Shown here: one piece after another, positions 28,701 to 44,063 of the stretch | How the letters are laid out: the number at the start of each line of letters is the position of its first letter | Numbering within the stretch: position 1 is the stretch's first letter | NCBI GenBank assembly: GCA_964016885.1 | Contig: OZ024742.1 | Location: 99,448,001 to 99,512,000 of the forward strand | Source: Eledone cirrhosa | Taxonomy: Eukaryota | Direction: 5' to 3' | DNA length: 64,000 nucleotides | The notes under the pieces: model-generated | The model's database searches: none | Told to the model about the DNA's origin: nothing | The model's input: only the letters and a program-made list of their open reading frames with translations | Program-made: the position numbers and the translations under genes

Positions 28701-31647
28701 TCAGCTACACGGACCACAAATTTGTGATCTGTGTGCTTGACTTAGATAGGCTTCATAGACGAGGACCCGGCTACTGCATGCTAAACGCGTCCTTTACCAG
28801 CGCGGAAGGCCTACAGAGACCGGATTAGCGAACTAGTTAAGCGGGCGTTGACGGGGGCCATCGTCAACAACAAGTGGTGGTTTGCTATGAAAAGAGCTAT
28901 TAGAATAGAATCGATTAGGTTTAGTAACGGTTTAGCAATAGAGAAAAATAGAGCAGAGGGAGAACTAGTTTGAAAATTAGACGAGGCGCTTAGCAAAGGC
29001 ATTGCGACCGACGTGCTTGCGGCGAAATTGGCCCTTGACCAATTCTTCAATGCAAAGCACGAAGGCTGCGTTGTCAGAGCTAGGGTGCGTGCTCTCAGAC
29101 ACGAGGGGACGAAAGCCGTTCAATGGGCCCGAGTGGCGGAGGCGCGTCGTGGCAATAAAGCCACGATCCGGTCTTTGGTGGACCACGACAGGCGCATGCT
29201 ACTCGATCCCGGGCAAATGTGTGAAGCTTTTCAGCGACACTTCACGCAGCTGTTCGGGGCAGCGGTGGGCCGGGTCGAGGGATGGACTCTGGTGTCTACC
29301 TCGACGGACTGCCGCGGCTCTCGGCCACTGAGGCGGAGTGTTGCGAAAAGCCCATAACAGCCGCTGAAGTAAGGGAGGCAATGACTGGCTGCACAAGGGG
29401 TAAATCGCCTGGTTTTGATGGTCTGCCCTATGAACTTTACGTACAGATGCCAGACTTGTTCGGAGGCCGCTTGGCGGACGTCTACTGCAACTGGCAACAG
29501 AACGGGAGAATTCCCAGTTCTGTGATCCGAGGAGCGGTGGCGCTGCTGAGAAAGGATCCGAACAAGGGGGATAACATAGATAATTTCAGGCCCATAACTC
29601 TGCTAAACACAGAGTTCAAGATTTTGGCCAAGGTGCTAGCAAAGAGGTTGGCGCTTGTCGTTGGTGGTCTGGTGGGAGAGGCGCAGACATGCGCCATTCC
29701 CGACAGATCCATCGACGACAACCTCCACCTCATGCGATACATCGTAGAGAGGGCAGCTAGGGAACCTGGCACGGGTGGGCCCTTGATCAATTTAGATCAG
29801 TCGAAAGCTTTCGATAGGGTCGACTATCGTTACCTAGCGGCAGTCCTGAGGGCGGCTGGCTTTGAGCCCGTCTTCAGAGGCTGGATCGCTGCCATGCACA
29901 GCGACATCTGCTCTGTGGTGAGAGTGAACGGTCACCTTTCGGAACCGTTCAACATCATGCGCGGTCCGCAAAGGATGTCCCCTCTCGTCCGTCTTGTACG
30001 TATTGACTCTCGAGCCATTACTGCACAAACTGGAGACGTTGAGGGGCGTCCCGCGCGAACTAGGATGCGGAAGATCCGTGTCAGCATATGCGGACGATGT
30101 CACCGTAGTGGTGTCGAACGATAAACACATCGAGGCGATCGGCACTACACTAAGAGAATACGAAGCGGTGACAGTAGCAATGATCAACCAGGAAAAGTCA
30201 GTGGGCCTGCAGCTCGGCACCTGGAGAGGCAGGTCCATGCCGTCCAACAGCGTCGTCGGGGTCTGGTTCGGTCCGGACCTCCAGACGGACAAAAACTGGG
30301 ACGAGGTGACGAGCAGGGTGGCTTCTCTCACCCGGAAATAGGCGGAGAGGAAGCTATCCCTGAAAGGTCGGGCGGAGGTGGCTAACGCGTACATCGCGTC
30401 TGTCATCTGCTACCGCCTGACCGTCGTACCTTGTCCTATGCCTCGCCTGACTGCGCTGGAGCGTTTGCTCTTTCGCTTTTTGTGGAAGGGACGCGCTCCA
30501 ATGGTCAGGCGGTCCATCTCTTGTCAACACCCGCTACGTACGTGGAGGGCTTGGCATGCCGTGGCTGATGATGCGCAGGCACGCGCCCAGGCTACGACAT
30601 CTCCACCTCTTCCTCGACGGTGATCAGGTGTGGTCGCCGTTTGCTAGACACGTATTTCCCCAGCTCGTTTCCTTGACGGAGCTGCAGTCCTGGGTCAAGC
30701 GAAGACCGAGAGAGAGTACTTGGAGACTGGAATGTCTTCAGGCGCTAACAGCCCTCGACCAATCGGGCAATATGATCGGTGGAAACTCCATCTCGGCGTT
30801 CTATAGAGGATTAGTGGAGGGGAAGAGCGACGACGTACTTGGGGAAACTCTAGGCGTCGACGAAAATCAACTATCCAATCTCTTCGGAAGAACTTTCGGG
30901 CCGGGGCCGATGGACAACTTCCAGAAATCTCTGGTCTGGCACTGCTACCCAGGATCCTTGCCAGTTCGGCATGGAGGTGCCGTCAGCCGGGCATGTCCGA
31001 GATGCGCGCAGGGTGACGAAACCGTCCAGTGTCCGAAAATTGCTGACTTGTGGGTTTATGTCGAACACCTGCTGTCGCGTGTAGGACGGATCCGGCTATC
31101 ATCTGAGTCCATCGTGAGGATTGTCCCGCCCTCCTCCTTTAGCCGGGAAGGACAGGCAGTTTTTATCTGTCTGGTGGCCATGGCGAAAGAGATAGTATGG
31201 TGGACACGTTTGAAAGGGCTGAAGACGAGCACTTACCTCTTCGGTGATGCCCTGATTGACTTTTTCAAATTTCATTTGAAAAGGAAAATCAGAGTAGAGA
31301 GGGAAGTGCTCCCTTCCCAGCATTTTGTTGAAAGATGGGTGAGAGAAACAAGAATGGCCCGAGTGAATGGGCCTACTATGAGTATATATCTGTAAATTAA
31401 AGGTGGAAAACTGGGAGAGGGCACTTGCCTTGGTGGTCAGGGTCACTGTGGCCTTTTACTGGGCTTTCTCCACAAATGTCCCTCCGAAGTCTCCCCCCTA
31501 TTGGGGAATTTTTCATTGTTAACTTTTTGTTACATTCTCTGTTTTTGTTTTTTACACGCAGAAATTCCCATTTGTACCGTACTGTATTTTCCTGCACTGT
31601 CCTTAATGTCTACTTTATGTAAACCGTTGTGGTTAATAAAGAAATCA
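25756..31647 (+). mobile_element. Full-length L1/Tx1-clade LINE, copy 2 (decayed)
   Basis: Reverse-complement homolog of 13544-19590. ORF1 (25972-28002) and ORF2 (28038-31395) are broken by stops, frameshifts and small deletions. Flanked by (TTA)n. Confidence 0.92.
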
Positions 31648-32269
31648 TTATTATTATTATCAGTATTATTAACAGCAATAGTACTAATAGTATCATTGTT
31701 GTTGCTGTGTCCCAGAACGTATTCATTTCTACATAATTAGAAAGACAGTGACGGCTACTTTCGTTGAATCTTCACTGTGAGAATATCTTCGCTTACAAAG
31801 AAAAAGAAAAACAAAACACGACACAGCAGCACAGCTGTGCAACTGTGCAGAGTTACTTCTTTCTTTGTCGAGATTGTTTTACTCTTATGAGGCTGGTGCA
31901 TAGTAGATGGGATAGAACAGAGAATAAAGTACCTTGTATATTTACATTATAAGTTCGACTATCACTGCTTTCTGCCTTGTCTTTCTTCATGTCATGCCTT
32001 CTCTTATAATCCAATTACCGTTTGATATATATAAGGAAAAGAAACCTCCCCATCATGGTACCGGACCAAGAAATTATATTTCTGTTAGTCATTCAATTGT
32101 TGAACTGTCATTCTATCACAACTTCTGATAGAAGCATCACGTCTCTTTGTTTTATTGTTGTTGTTGTTATTTTTGTAAATATAGGTGGGATATGAACCCG
32201 AAAAGCAATGAACCGGGACAAGTCCCACAAGGCATCACAAGGCGTCACATACTGTCAATGTTCCACCCA

Positions 32270-32345
32270 TGGACTGGCACTTTATATATCGACTCCGAAG
32301 GGATAAAAGGCAAAGCAGTCCTCGGCGCAATTTAAACTCAAAGAT
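32270..32345 (-). mobile_element. Degenerate SINE core fragment
   Basis: tcgactccgaagggataaaaggcaaagcagtcctcggcgcaatttaaactca resembles the reverse complement of the SINE core and B-box. Confidence 0.55.
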
Positions 32346-33129
32346 TCAGAAGAAATACTACTGAGTATATAATCCGAAATGCTATCGTCGCGTAAAGGAA
32401 TTGTCGGGAAATGCACACACAAGAATGACAAGGATGGGGATGATGATAGTGTTTGTGGTGGCGGTGATGGGAATATTAATGGTGTTGATGGTGAGGACGA
32501 TGATAATGCTAATGATGACAAAGATGATGTTTTCTCTTCTTTCATTCTCCTCCTTTCATGTGCATGATTTAATACACATATTTATCTAATCTCCTTACAT
32601 ATATATTATTTTCTATGTCATTCCTTCTTCAGTTCCGTATGTTTTATTTCCCATTTATTCATTTCTCATTCTTCATTAGTTATTTAGGTGTGTAAATTCA
32701 AATGCTTATAGTATCGTTACTAGTGAAAATATTGTAGTAAATTGACATTGTAAATAAAAGTATTGCAGACATCAGGTTGCTTTATACATTTTTGGAATGT
32801 ATTGTCGATGCCGTGTCATGAAATATTGGACAACAAGAATTGTCATTCTTTTTATCTGTTAAAATTTCTCTTTTATTTTGAAACTTTATTTCGTTTAATC
32901 CTTTTTTTCTTCAAAGTTTCTTTCATATATTTCTCTTTATATACATGTCTTTCTTTGTATGATTTCAATATTTTGTATATCTTCTTTTGATCTTTCGTTC
33001 TTCATTTTGCCTTTTCCTTCTGTTCTTTTCCTTATTGTAACTTTCTTTCTTAGTCCGCTAGTATCCACCAACATGTATGTATGTATATATGTATGTATGT
33101 ATGTATGTATGTGTGTGTGTATGTATGAA

Positions 33130-33167
<38 letters not shown>

Positions 33168-33769
33168 CATAAAGATAGATAGACAGGAGATATACAAACG
33201 ATAATAGAAGGTATATATATATAGAAATATGGAGGTGATACATACATAAATATATACATAAGTCTCTCTCTATATATATATATGTATATATGTGTGTGTG
33301 TGCGTATTAATTTCTCCCTTTCTCTCTCTGTCTCTCACTATATATATATATATACACACATACATGCATGCATATGTACATACATACATAAATACATACA
33401 TACATACATATATACATCATATACATACATAGAATGATAGATACATATTTATGTAAGTCTATGTATATATGTACCCCACAATATTTCTATGTAGATCTGC
33501 TTCTATTATCGTTCAGCCCACTCTCTATTTCATTCTCATTACTTTATTATTGTCTTCACTGCAAACTTTTGTACTATTCTTCCTTCTTCCTTTATTATAC
33601 TTTTCTGTATTTTTACATCTTTTGGGGAATTTTATGTACGTTTTACTTTCTTCTGTTTTAAAATATATTCAAATATTACACTTTGAAACACCTACCATCT
33701 GTCTATTTCTTTAACTCTCTCTCTATCACTGGTCATTTTTATCTAGCTCTCTTTCCATCTCACAGCTAT

Positions 33770-34474
<705 letters not shown>

Positions 34475-34582
34475 GTGTGTGATTGTGTGTTTGTTTGTCT
34501 GTGCATATTTATATACATATATATATGTCACATCTGTTTCATTCCCTAGCCATACCACTCTATATCTCTATCTGCCTTTTCC

Positions 34583-34641
<59 letters not shown>

Positions 34642-35187
34642 TCGACCATTCCCTTCTCTTCTCTGTCTATTCACCTCTTGCCCTCTTTTCTTAATTCCCC
34701 TTCTTCTCCACTCACCTCTCTCTATCCCACACCATCATCGCAAAGCTGAATTTTTCCTACAAGACACGAAATACCATTTGCAGAGCCTGCTGGGAATTAA
34801 TTCCGCGGGTTTATGATAAAAGATAAAAGAGACGTATTCACAAACGTAGTTATGCTAGACAAAAGCATATCTCCTCCACCAGTCGACGAGTCAGTCATAC
34901 ATATATAGAGAAAAGAAAGTAAAGGTAAAGTGCGTAAGACATAGGAATTCTAAGTTAAAATTGTTATATAAAAACATACAAAGAAATGACAGCCGAGCCT
35001 TGATACAGCGTGTGTTGGCTAGCCATAAATTGTGACAATGTTTTGTGCTTATGTAAAAATTCGTTATGAATACCGAACTAGCGAACTTCAGTGAACGTTC
35101 TCCACGGTGGGTGGATAGACTACTGACCTGTATAGGATTGCAATGTTGTAGCTGTGACACGTACATATGTATATATATATTACATAT

Positions 35188-35273
<86 letters not shown>

Positions 35274-35334
35274 ATTATTATATATATATATATATATATA
35301 ATATATGTAATATAATATATATATTATATATCTA

Positions 35335-35375
<41 letters not shown>

Positions 35376-35429
35376 GACACACGCACAGACATATAGACAC
35401 CCTCACACACCTATATATATGCGTGGGTT

Positions 35430-35470
<41 letters not shown>

Positions 35471-35637
35471 CAAGAATGCAAATGAATCTGAAAAATCAGC
35501 ATGTGGATGAGGAAACGAATTATTGCAATTTCGATACAAGGGAAATATAGCTATTTTAGACGATTCCGTCATATATATATAATAACAAGTATAAACATAA
35601 ACATACACACACCAAACCTATCTCCAATGTGTGTTTA

Positions 35638-35787
<150 letters not shown>

Positions 35788-36026
35788 TGTGTGTACATAT
35801 ATATATATGTACATATGTATGTTTGTTCACTACAAGATATAACTCAAAACTAGCCACAAACATGTGTTGAGGTACGTAAACACCTTGACATTATATTTAA
35901 TATCTTCGTTATCACAATAAAATAGATCAACACTGTGTAGGTATTTCATCAACAATTGACTACACCCTTTAACGCTTAGCGGAAACACTACTTATAAACT
36001 ATTAACTGCTACTTGCGTAAATATAG

Positions 36027-36096
<70 letters not shown>

Positions 36097-36590
36097 TGTA
36101 TTCTTAAACAACTAGATTGTTTATTAAGTTATATCGTATTCCAGTATACCCTGGTTTTAAATTTTCCGACAGCTGGTGTCAGAATTCTTTTCTCTACATA
36201 GAACACAAAGAATTAGTACACACGTATACAAATAAAAACACTTCTGAAACATAGAGCATCAGAATATAAATTGAAACTTTCAAAATCTATTCATAACGAA
36301 ACCGGTTAGCACAAAAATTATGTCGATAATCAAGTCTATTTCTGAAAAGCGACAAACTTAAATTCTTTTTTTTTAATCTATAATTCGTTTTTTATGAAAT
36401 AAGTTCTTTTCGTTGCGCCCTGTACATTTGCATGCGTATGTAAAATATTTATTCTACCTTTCCCGATACAACGTGATTTTTCATCATAATCATCAATATC
36501 ATCATCATAATCACCGTTTTTACTTCCGTTTTTCCATTTTGCTTAGGCTGGATACGTCCTTCTCAACACCGCATCTCTCTACTCAATCCG

Positions 36591-36804
<214 letters not shown>

Positions 36805-37360
36805 GTCGGGTCACTCTTGAGTTCTACTGGTAAAATGTAACCCAGTACAACCTGTCGCATGGTCGGGTCATCGGTGACTGAACCGGCAACCCCACCAAGT
36901 TTACTTGGTGAGGAGGGTGATTTGGGGCACCCTGCAGGACACAAAAAAAGAAACATGACAAAGGGCGGACGAACTCATGAGAGTCAACGGCCATCCAAAA
37001 GTGTGTAAATATGTATATACACATGTACATATGTATGTATATGTATATGTGTATATACATGGGTGCGTGTGTATGTATATGCGCGGAGACATAGAAATAG
37101 TCGGGCTGGATACCCGATCGCACGGTTAAACCACTGGGAATGAAAGACCCCCTAGCCTTTGTCAGGGCATTCTTCTAGCAGAAGGCAACTCAGGAAACTG
37201 GGATAACTCAGACATAAAACCTGCGGCTCATTAGTTACCGATGATGTTGATCTTTTCTTCTTTTGGGGTTACAGCTACTGTCGCTCAGAGACTGGGATTG
37301 GTCAGTGCACAGTCTTTCTTCACTTTTAAAAAATCTTTGCGCACAGGCATTGCGATGGAA
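36805..37360 (+). mobile_element. Possible RTE-type 5'UTR or non-autonomous derivative
   Basis: GC-richer island with hairpins (caccaagt-tt-acttggtg; agggtg..caccct) and gggca...tctagcagaaggcaactc, similar to a motif recalled from RTE 5'UTRs. Confidence 0.35.
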
Positions 37361-37379
37361 TTAATTAATAATTCTAATA

Positions 37380-37472
37380 ATCGTTTCTACTTTTGGTACA
37401 AGGCCAGCAATTACCCAGTGCATTACTGGTACTTTATTTTATCGACCCTGTAAGGATGAAAGGCAAAGTTAA
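37380..37472 (-). mobile_element. SINE 3' fragment
   Basis: Reverse complement of the core and tail seen at 55780-55875. Confidence 0.75.
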
Positions 37473-37541
37473 TTCGAATAATGGTATATCGTTCAATGGC
37501 CATACTCGATAACGTGGGGGCAGCCATCATATATATGTATA

Positions 37542-37607
<66 letters not shown>

Positions 37608-37609
<2 letters not shown>

Positions 37610-39197
37610 CAAGTATGACCCCGAGGACAGAGCTCAAGCCGTTTAGACGGCTAATTCTGGACTAAATAAGAATTTTTAGCCTGGTAAATAAATAGCCGAA
37701 CTTCTTAGGGGGCAATTCCTTATATGGGAGGATAGTAATTGTCAAAAGGATTGGTAAAAAATTTGTTGTAAAGACAGATGATTCTATCATGGCATTTGGT
37801 GGGAGGTAGGGGTAGCTGAACTTACCGGTAGAACAAAGAGGGAGTGGGGAGACCCAGTCAAGCGTTGAAAGTGAAATCTATATAGCAGATTCTAGGGGTA
37901 GTGTATAGAAGGTCGAAAAAAGTGTATTGGAGAAGGGGAGGGGGCAGTTGAAAGAATAGGTAAATTGAAAGGGAGTAAACAAAAAAAACATTATAAAAAT
38001 AAGGAAATATATAAAAAACAATATAAAAAACAATTTCTGGTTACTACTCCATTTCCACAATCACCAAATCTCTCATTGGTATTTCTAAGCTATAGAAAAG
38101 TTTAATAGGTGGAGAAAAATACTAAATACGAGATTGTAGTGAAAGAATTTTATAAAGCCGGCTTTACAGGGGGTCTACCACCACTGCAATAGTTAGTTAG
38201 TAATCAGCCAATGCTATCTTACAATGACAGGTTAAATACTAAAATACTACTACAAAAATACTAATACGAAATATTAATTCAGAATACTCATACAGAAATA
38301 CTAATACAAGAATACTAATACAAAAATACAACTAAGAAATTTAGAAATCACAGAAATGGAGCAGCAGCCAGAAAGAAAACAGTTTACTGGGTCTAACACA
38401 TCTGCTATAAAAAGCGTAATCGGCCAATTCTATCATAAAATTAGGGGGGGGGGGAGTACTGAGGCTACAGACGGCCGATGGGCTGCATCGGGGTAGGCGA
38501 AAAGGTGAAAAAAAGACAAGGAATGAGATCTGGGGTGGAAGGACTAGGAAGAGATGGGGGAAGGAAATATAGAGGAAAAGATAGAAAAGTTACGTCTACC
38601 TTTGTAAGCAGGGGTTACCCCTTACAAAATCGGCAAGTGGGGTGTTTCAGCCCTTGTCTACCCCTCCCCCCCCCCCGGGTCATTGTGGGGTTTGAGGGCG
38701 GGGTAGGTCCTACGCAATCTGTGTTTGCATGCAGTTGCCAGTTCGTCTTTCTTGTTTAGGAGTTGGTCCTTCGAAAACACCATTTGTAATGTTTCCTCCG
38801 AGCTTAATTTACACTGACGGCGTCCCCCCGTGTAAGAGTTAGCTCTGGACAGTGAGCTCCAAGTGAGATTGTAGGTTATATTATTATCTTTGAGGTCCCA
38901 GATGTGGCCCGAAAGTGTAGTGGCATGGCGCCGGGCCGGGTTTCGGAAAATATGTCGGTGTAGGTAGAGCCGGGTCTTGAGGTCACAAGCGGTTAATCCT
39001 ATATAAGCTTTGTTGGAGGTGTCCGTCCTCACGTTGCACAGGTAGATCACATTACGATCTCGGCATCTGTTGTTCAGGGGGTAAAGGGATCTATCAGAAC
39101 AGTTAGACCTCTTGGCCGGCTCTCCACTGCTGTCTAGGTTATGTCTGCCATAGGGGTTGAGTTTTTTGTTGTTAGAGGAGACGATGTTTTGTGCGAA
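37608..39197 (-). mobile_element. Older, diverged family A PLE relic with GIY-YIG remnant (38658-39050) and degenerate HHR (37616-37720)
   Basis: YIGLTAC...RHATTLSGHIW...CKH matches family A; the HHR core is mutated (CUAAGAA, UAAA); TA tracts at both ends. Confidence 0.85.
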
Positions 39198-40651
39198 TAT
39201 ATATATATATATATATATATAAGGGGGAGAGAGTTCAGGTTTGCTATAAGCTTTGTGGAATATGAAAAATAGTCAGTTTGGAAGCCTGTACAACGCATAT
39301 AGGTAAATCTTCTGGTGACGAAATCCAGTGGCAATAGGAGAAGGAAAAGAAAAACAAACGTAAATAAACTTAAAAGGTGAAAGGTGAAAAGAGGAAAAAA
39401 GAAGAATGTCAGAGTCTGTGTACCTTAAAAGATTTATTAGTCCCTATATCTCGGATTCGTATCCATCAACGGGGGTGGTTTTCCGAAGGGAAAATAATAA
39501 CGTCCTCGAACGTTGTTGGTTGCTGGCTGTATGATTCTGTTTAAAATAGACGGTTATACGTTGGACTCGCGCATGCGTTGCTGTACGTCCGGTTTAAAAT
39601 GTTGGCTAAGACACGCGCACACACAGACAGAGTTACAACAGCAATATCTAGAACGACCTTTCGTTTACCACACACACATACACATGCATGCACACAATAT
39701 ATACGTATATATGTAGGCACACCGTAGTTTTTCTGTGACAGTTTAACAGGCGGAGGTCAAATTACACAGTCTCTATGGAATAAAGCCGGCAACAAATGCT
39801 AGCGATTAGCTCACAGTCGTGATATTGATACTATCACTACCTAGAGTTAAGAATATCAATATCTCCATTTTCCACATTAAATGATATGCATTATTGCTGC
39901 AATAACATAGATGTGCGTGTTTGTATATACATATATATATATATATATCATAATCTATAAAGCTCAGTGTATGGACATGCTCCTTTGTTATAGAAATCTA
40001 CGATATAGAATTTCTTCAATTGAAATTTACAATTCAGTATTCGAAATAGCTTTCCATTGCGTATTGGCACATCTAATTTTTTCAATTTCACCCACAATTA
40101 CGCAAAAAATAGATAAAACTCAATATTTTACGATTTTTCTCTCTCATTTAAACTGCTAAACTCTTTCTACTACCATTCAAAATCTATACAACTTCATACT
40201 TTCTGCTACTTTCTCTTTCCAAGCTTGATGGTGATACTGTCCGTTTTACTCTCTCATATCATCTGCTCACCTCTATCTACAACCCACACATTTTGCTACT
40301 TTCTCTTTTATACTTCAAACTTACTGATTTATTTACAAACGCATACAAACACACACTCACTTCAAATGATAAAAAAACATTTAAAACAATTAAACAACGT
40401 GCGTGATTTATAACCACACTAACTTTTAGTTGCACAATTATTACATTTGATACGAAACGACAATTATTCAAAAGCAACAGATATATTTATTCAACAACAA
40501 GCGATATATCTTTTTTAAAACCTCTCAACGAACGTGGATTCTTACAGACTTTGAGTCTAATCGTTTTGAAATTGTGCAAATGTATAAACATGGAACATGT
40601 GCACACACATAACAACAACAATCTGCCTTTTATAGATAATGATAAACAATA

Positions 40652-40926
40652 ATATCCTCTATGAGGTCACTAAACCTGCTAGAAACAGCAGATAACTCTC
40701 CCCCATACCACACGCCTCCCTACTGTCTTAAATTTAGAAAACATATCTTCTATGAGGTCACTAAACCTGCTAGAAACAGCAGCTAACTCTCCCCCATATC
40801 ACACCACTCCCTACTGTCTTAAATTTAGAAAATACATATCCTCTATGAGGTCACTAAACCTGCTAGAAACAACAACTAACTCTCCCTCATATCACAACCC
40901 TCCCTACTGTCTTAAATTTAGAAAAC
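40652..40926. repeat. Tandem repeat, three units of 91-93 bp
   Basis: atatc(c/t)tctatgaggtcactaaacctgctagaaac recurs at 40652, 40743 and 40836. Confidence 0.9.
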
Positions 40927-41187
40927 ACACAGACAACCATGCAGAACAACTCCATCGCAGCTCTGTTGTTCGGCTGGCATCGTCTACGTGCGTGTTGCGC
41001 AAGTACTGTGAAACAATAAATTTCAACACTTTTTTGCACAGAGATAATATCCATAGGCGAAACTACAATTGTTACTGCTGGCGCAGCTCCTGCTTCCAGG
41101 TATGCAATTCATTCACCCAGTGCCTGGCAGACAAAAAAGTGCTGCCATAAAATGGGTGGTGCAACCTAACTTTGGTAACTTAATGAC

Positions 41188-41215
41188 CCCGAGCAACGCC
41201 GGGCTTTAATGCTAG
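41188..41215 (+). mobile_element. Helitron-like 3' terminus
   Basis: GC-rich hairpin cccgagcaacgccggg, then 8 nt, then CTAG followed by T. Confidence 0.6.
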
Positions 41216-41329
41216 TATATATATATATATATATATTTAAAAGTTAAACAAGGTTCAATGAATAAATCAAAGAATGAGTTTTACAATAGATTGGAAGCAC
41301 CCAACAGTTATGCTTTTCCAGACCTATTA

Positions 41330-42163
41330 ATATTAATTCAAAATATTAACAAAATAGATATTCTTGTGATCAAGTATATCTTATTATACATTCGTAAATC
41401 CTTTAAATTTGATTTCATAAAATTTGAATTTGAGAAATTAAACATGATAGTATATTATAATATTCTGAGTTCAAATCCCGCCGAGGTTGACTTTGCCTTT
41501 CATCCTTACGGGGTCGATAAAATAAAGTACCAGTAATGCACTGGGTAATTGCTGGCCTTGTGCCTAAAGTAGAAACAATAATATTAATAAAGATACCTAT
41601 TAACTTTTAAAACCTTAAATATTATTCATTACTCTGAACTAACTTAAATTAAATATTTTGAATATTAACGGTCAACCAAATAAATTTATATATATATTGT
41701 ATATATGGATAATTGTCTATAAACTTGAACATAAATTATTCCCCTTTGTCTCTCTCTCTTTAATCATCTCTCATTTGTCTTTCGAGGCACCTACTAACTA
41801 TATTATCATATCAGCTGTTTCTTCCTCTATGCTTTCCTTTCTTACCTCTTTCTTCAGTAATTAAAATTATATAACTGTTATATTGATGCCATATATTTTT
41901 TAAGCTGTATTACACGCACCTTCTCTATTGTATGTATTATATATTTTTCTCATGTTCTCAATATTAAGGTATAAATATTGAGTTTTGCCATATTTTACTC
42001 ACTACAATGACTGAATCTTAACCATCTAATATGTCAGGGTATGTCATGCATCATCTTATTTTATCTGATGAGAACGTACTGTTGAACTTAACTCAGTACC
42101 TCTGAAATATGTATAATAAAATATACTTGATCACAAGAATATCTATTATGTTAATATTTTGAA

Positions 42164-42170
<7 letters not shown>
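41330..42170 (+). mobile_element. PLE-derived 3' fragment with a short inverted arm (41330-41391 versus 42109-42170); SINE inserted at 41462-41578
   Basis: Inverted repeat visible; HHR near the right end; (TA)n follows. Confidence 0.7.
42057..42123 (+). ncRNA. Minimal hammerhead ribozyme (related to 8424-8489)
   Basis: uauuuuau-CUGAUGA-gaacguacug...caguaccucu-GAAA-uaugua-UA-auaaaaua; perfect 8-bp stem I, imperfect base of stem II. Confidence 0.72.
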
Positions 42171-42206
<36 letters not shown>

Positions 42207-42210
<4 letters not shown>

Positions 42211-42776
42211 GGAAAAGAATGAAACGAAATTTCATTTCTCACTCTTAGTACGGCTGTTGCCTAAATATAAGTATGTATACGTACATACATATATGTCTAC
42301 AGACGCACAGTTGTATGTATATATATACATAGATGCACACATATATATATATGTACGTATGGGTTAACCGAACATTTATTATAATGTTCGGTTTGTTTGT
42401 AAACAAACAGCTCGAATTACGCCGTACAGTGCTCGGAAACCATCGTCGCCCTTTTGTTCAACACTGACACAAGAACGATGTACTAGTTTCAAGCTTATTA
42501 GCTATCGTCAGCATCGTATATCTTTCTGTCAGATGATTGAACGTTTGAAAGTATATACTTTCCTTATGCATATTAACGGCTGAGAAGCCTAATTTGCATA
42601 TCGAGTGAGTTAGTCGACCGGGCATACCGAAAACGATAAATGGAAAAGAATTAAACGAAATTTTATTTCTCACTCTTAGTACGTCTGTACACACATATGT
42701 ATGTACGTATACATACTTATATTTAGCTAGTAGCCGTACTAAGAGTGAGAAATGAAATTTCGTTTCATTCTTTTCC
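42207..42776 (-). mobile_element. Non-coding HHR element: unit of about 431 nt, partial tandem repeat (42638-42683) and inverted 3' arm (42682-42776)
   Basis: aaatggaaaagaat.aaacgaaattt.atttctcactcttagtacg occurs at 42207 and 42638; the reverse complement of 42211-42305 lies at 42682-42776. Confidence 0.75.
42475..42517 (-). ncRNA. Minimal type I hammerhead ribozyme
   Basis: acgaug-CUGACGA-uagcu-aaua-agcuu-GAAA-cuag-UA-caucgu; perfect 6-bp stem I and palindromic acuagu. Confidence 0.88.
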
Positions 42777-42940
42777 TGGAAGATGAAGAGGAAGAGGAAG
42801 GCCAAGGTTAACGTATGTTGATGCCCTGAGGACAGACACTGGTCTGTTGGTGACGCAGGACATGGCAGCGATAATGAGGGACAGAGACCGCTGAAGAGAA
42901 CTCGTCCATGGATCTCGGGAATTTTACCTGCCCTAGATAG
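42777..42940 (+). pseudogene. RTE-clade LINE C-terminal fragment
   Basis: Translates as RGRGRPRLTYVDALRTDTGL...MRDRDR, the GRP...DR..W motif at the end of RTE ORFs. Confidence 0.65.
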
Positions 42941-43262
42941 ATGTATGTGGGGGGGGGGGATCTGTGTCTGTGTGAGAGTGTGCGGGTGTATGTCTGCGTC
43001 AGTATTTGCACGAACATATGTTGATAAACATGTTTGGAATTGACCATATGCTTAAAGGAAACTTGTTTCCTGCGTCAATGATATTTATGTTTGCATGTAA
43101 CTATTTGAATGTATAGTTTTCTATATTTCACATCAGTTAACTTAGATGTGTAAGTCAAGTTTAAATTAATTTCTATTCTGTATTTATTAAAGTGAATTCG
43201 TTTCTTCACTTCAAATCTCTTCATACATTCACACACAAGCACACGCTGATGTAAACAAACAC

Positions 43263-43318
<56 letters not shown>

Positions 43319-43785
43319 CTAAATATTCAGCGTATGTAGATTTATATATATATGACTGGGAATGTATGTGTGTGTACTTCTGTTTCTGTGTTTGTATAGA
43401 TGTCAGTCTGTGCGTATTTGAACGATCGCGCCTGTGGACCATTGCTATATGCCTCGTTAGGCGAGTGATTAAATCTTGCTTCCATTTCATTAAGCAGATG
43501 AGATATCAACATGATGCTAATCTGTGGATGTGTGGTTGGTAACTTCCCCTCAAGACCTACAAGCTATTCTATGTGTACACTTGCGCTAATATACATAATG
43601 AAACGTCTAAAGCGATATATGAAATGTGAACTCGTAACACATGACCTTGTAGATCAATTCTTTATCAGGTTCTACTCTGTTTGTTTATGTCTCCTTCCCT
43701 ATTTCTCTCCCACTCTCTCCCTCTATCTATATATCTTTCTATATATCTCTCATTCTCCTCTCTCGCTTGATATATGTATATATAT

Positions 43786-44063
<278 letters not shown>

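Noticed and set aside
40752-41150. 132-aa ORF
   Set aside because: It starts within the 91-93 bp tandem repeat and has no recognisable domain.
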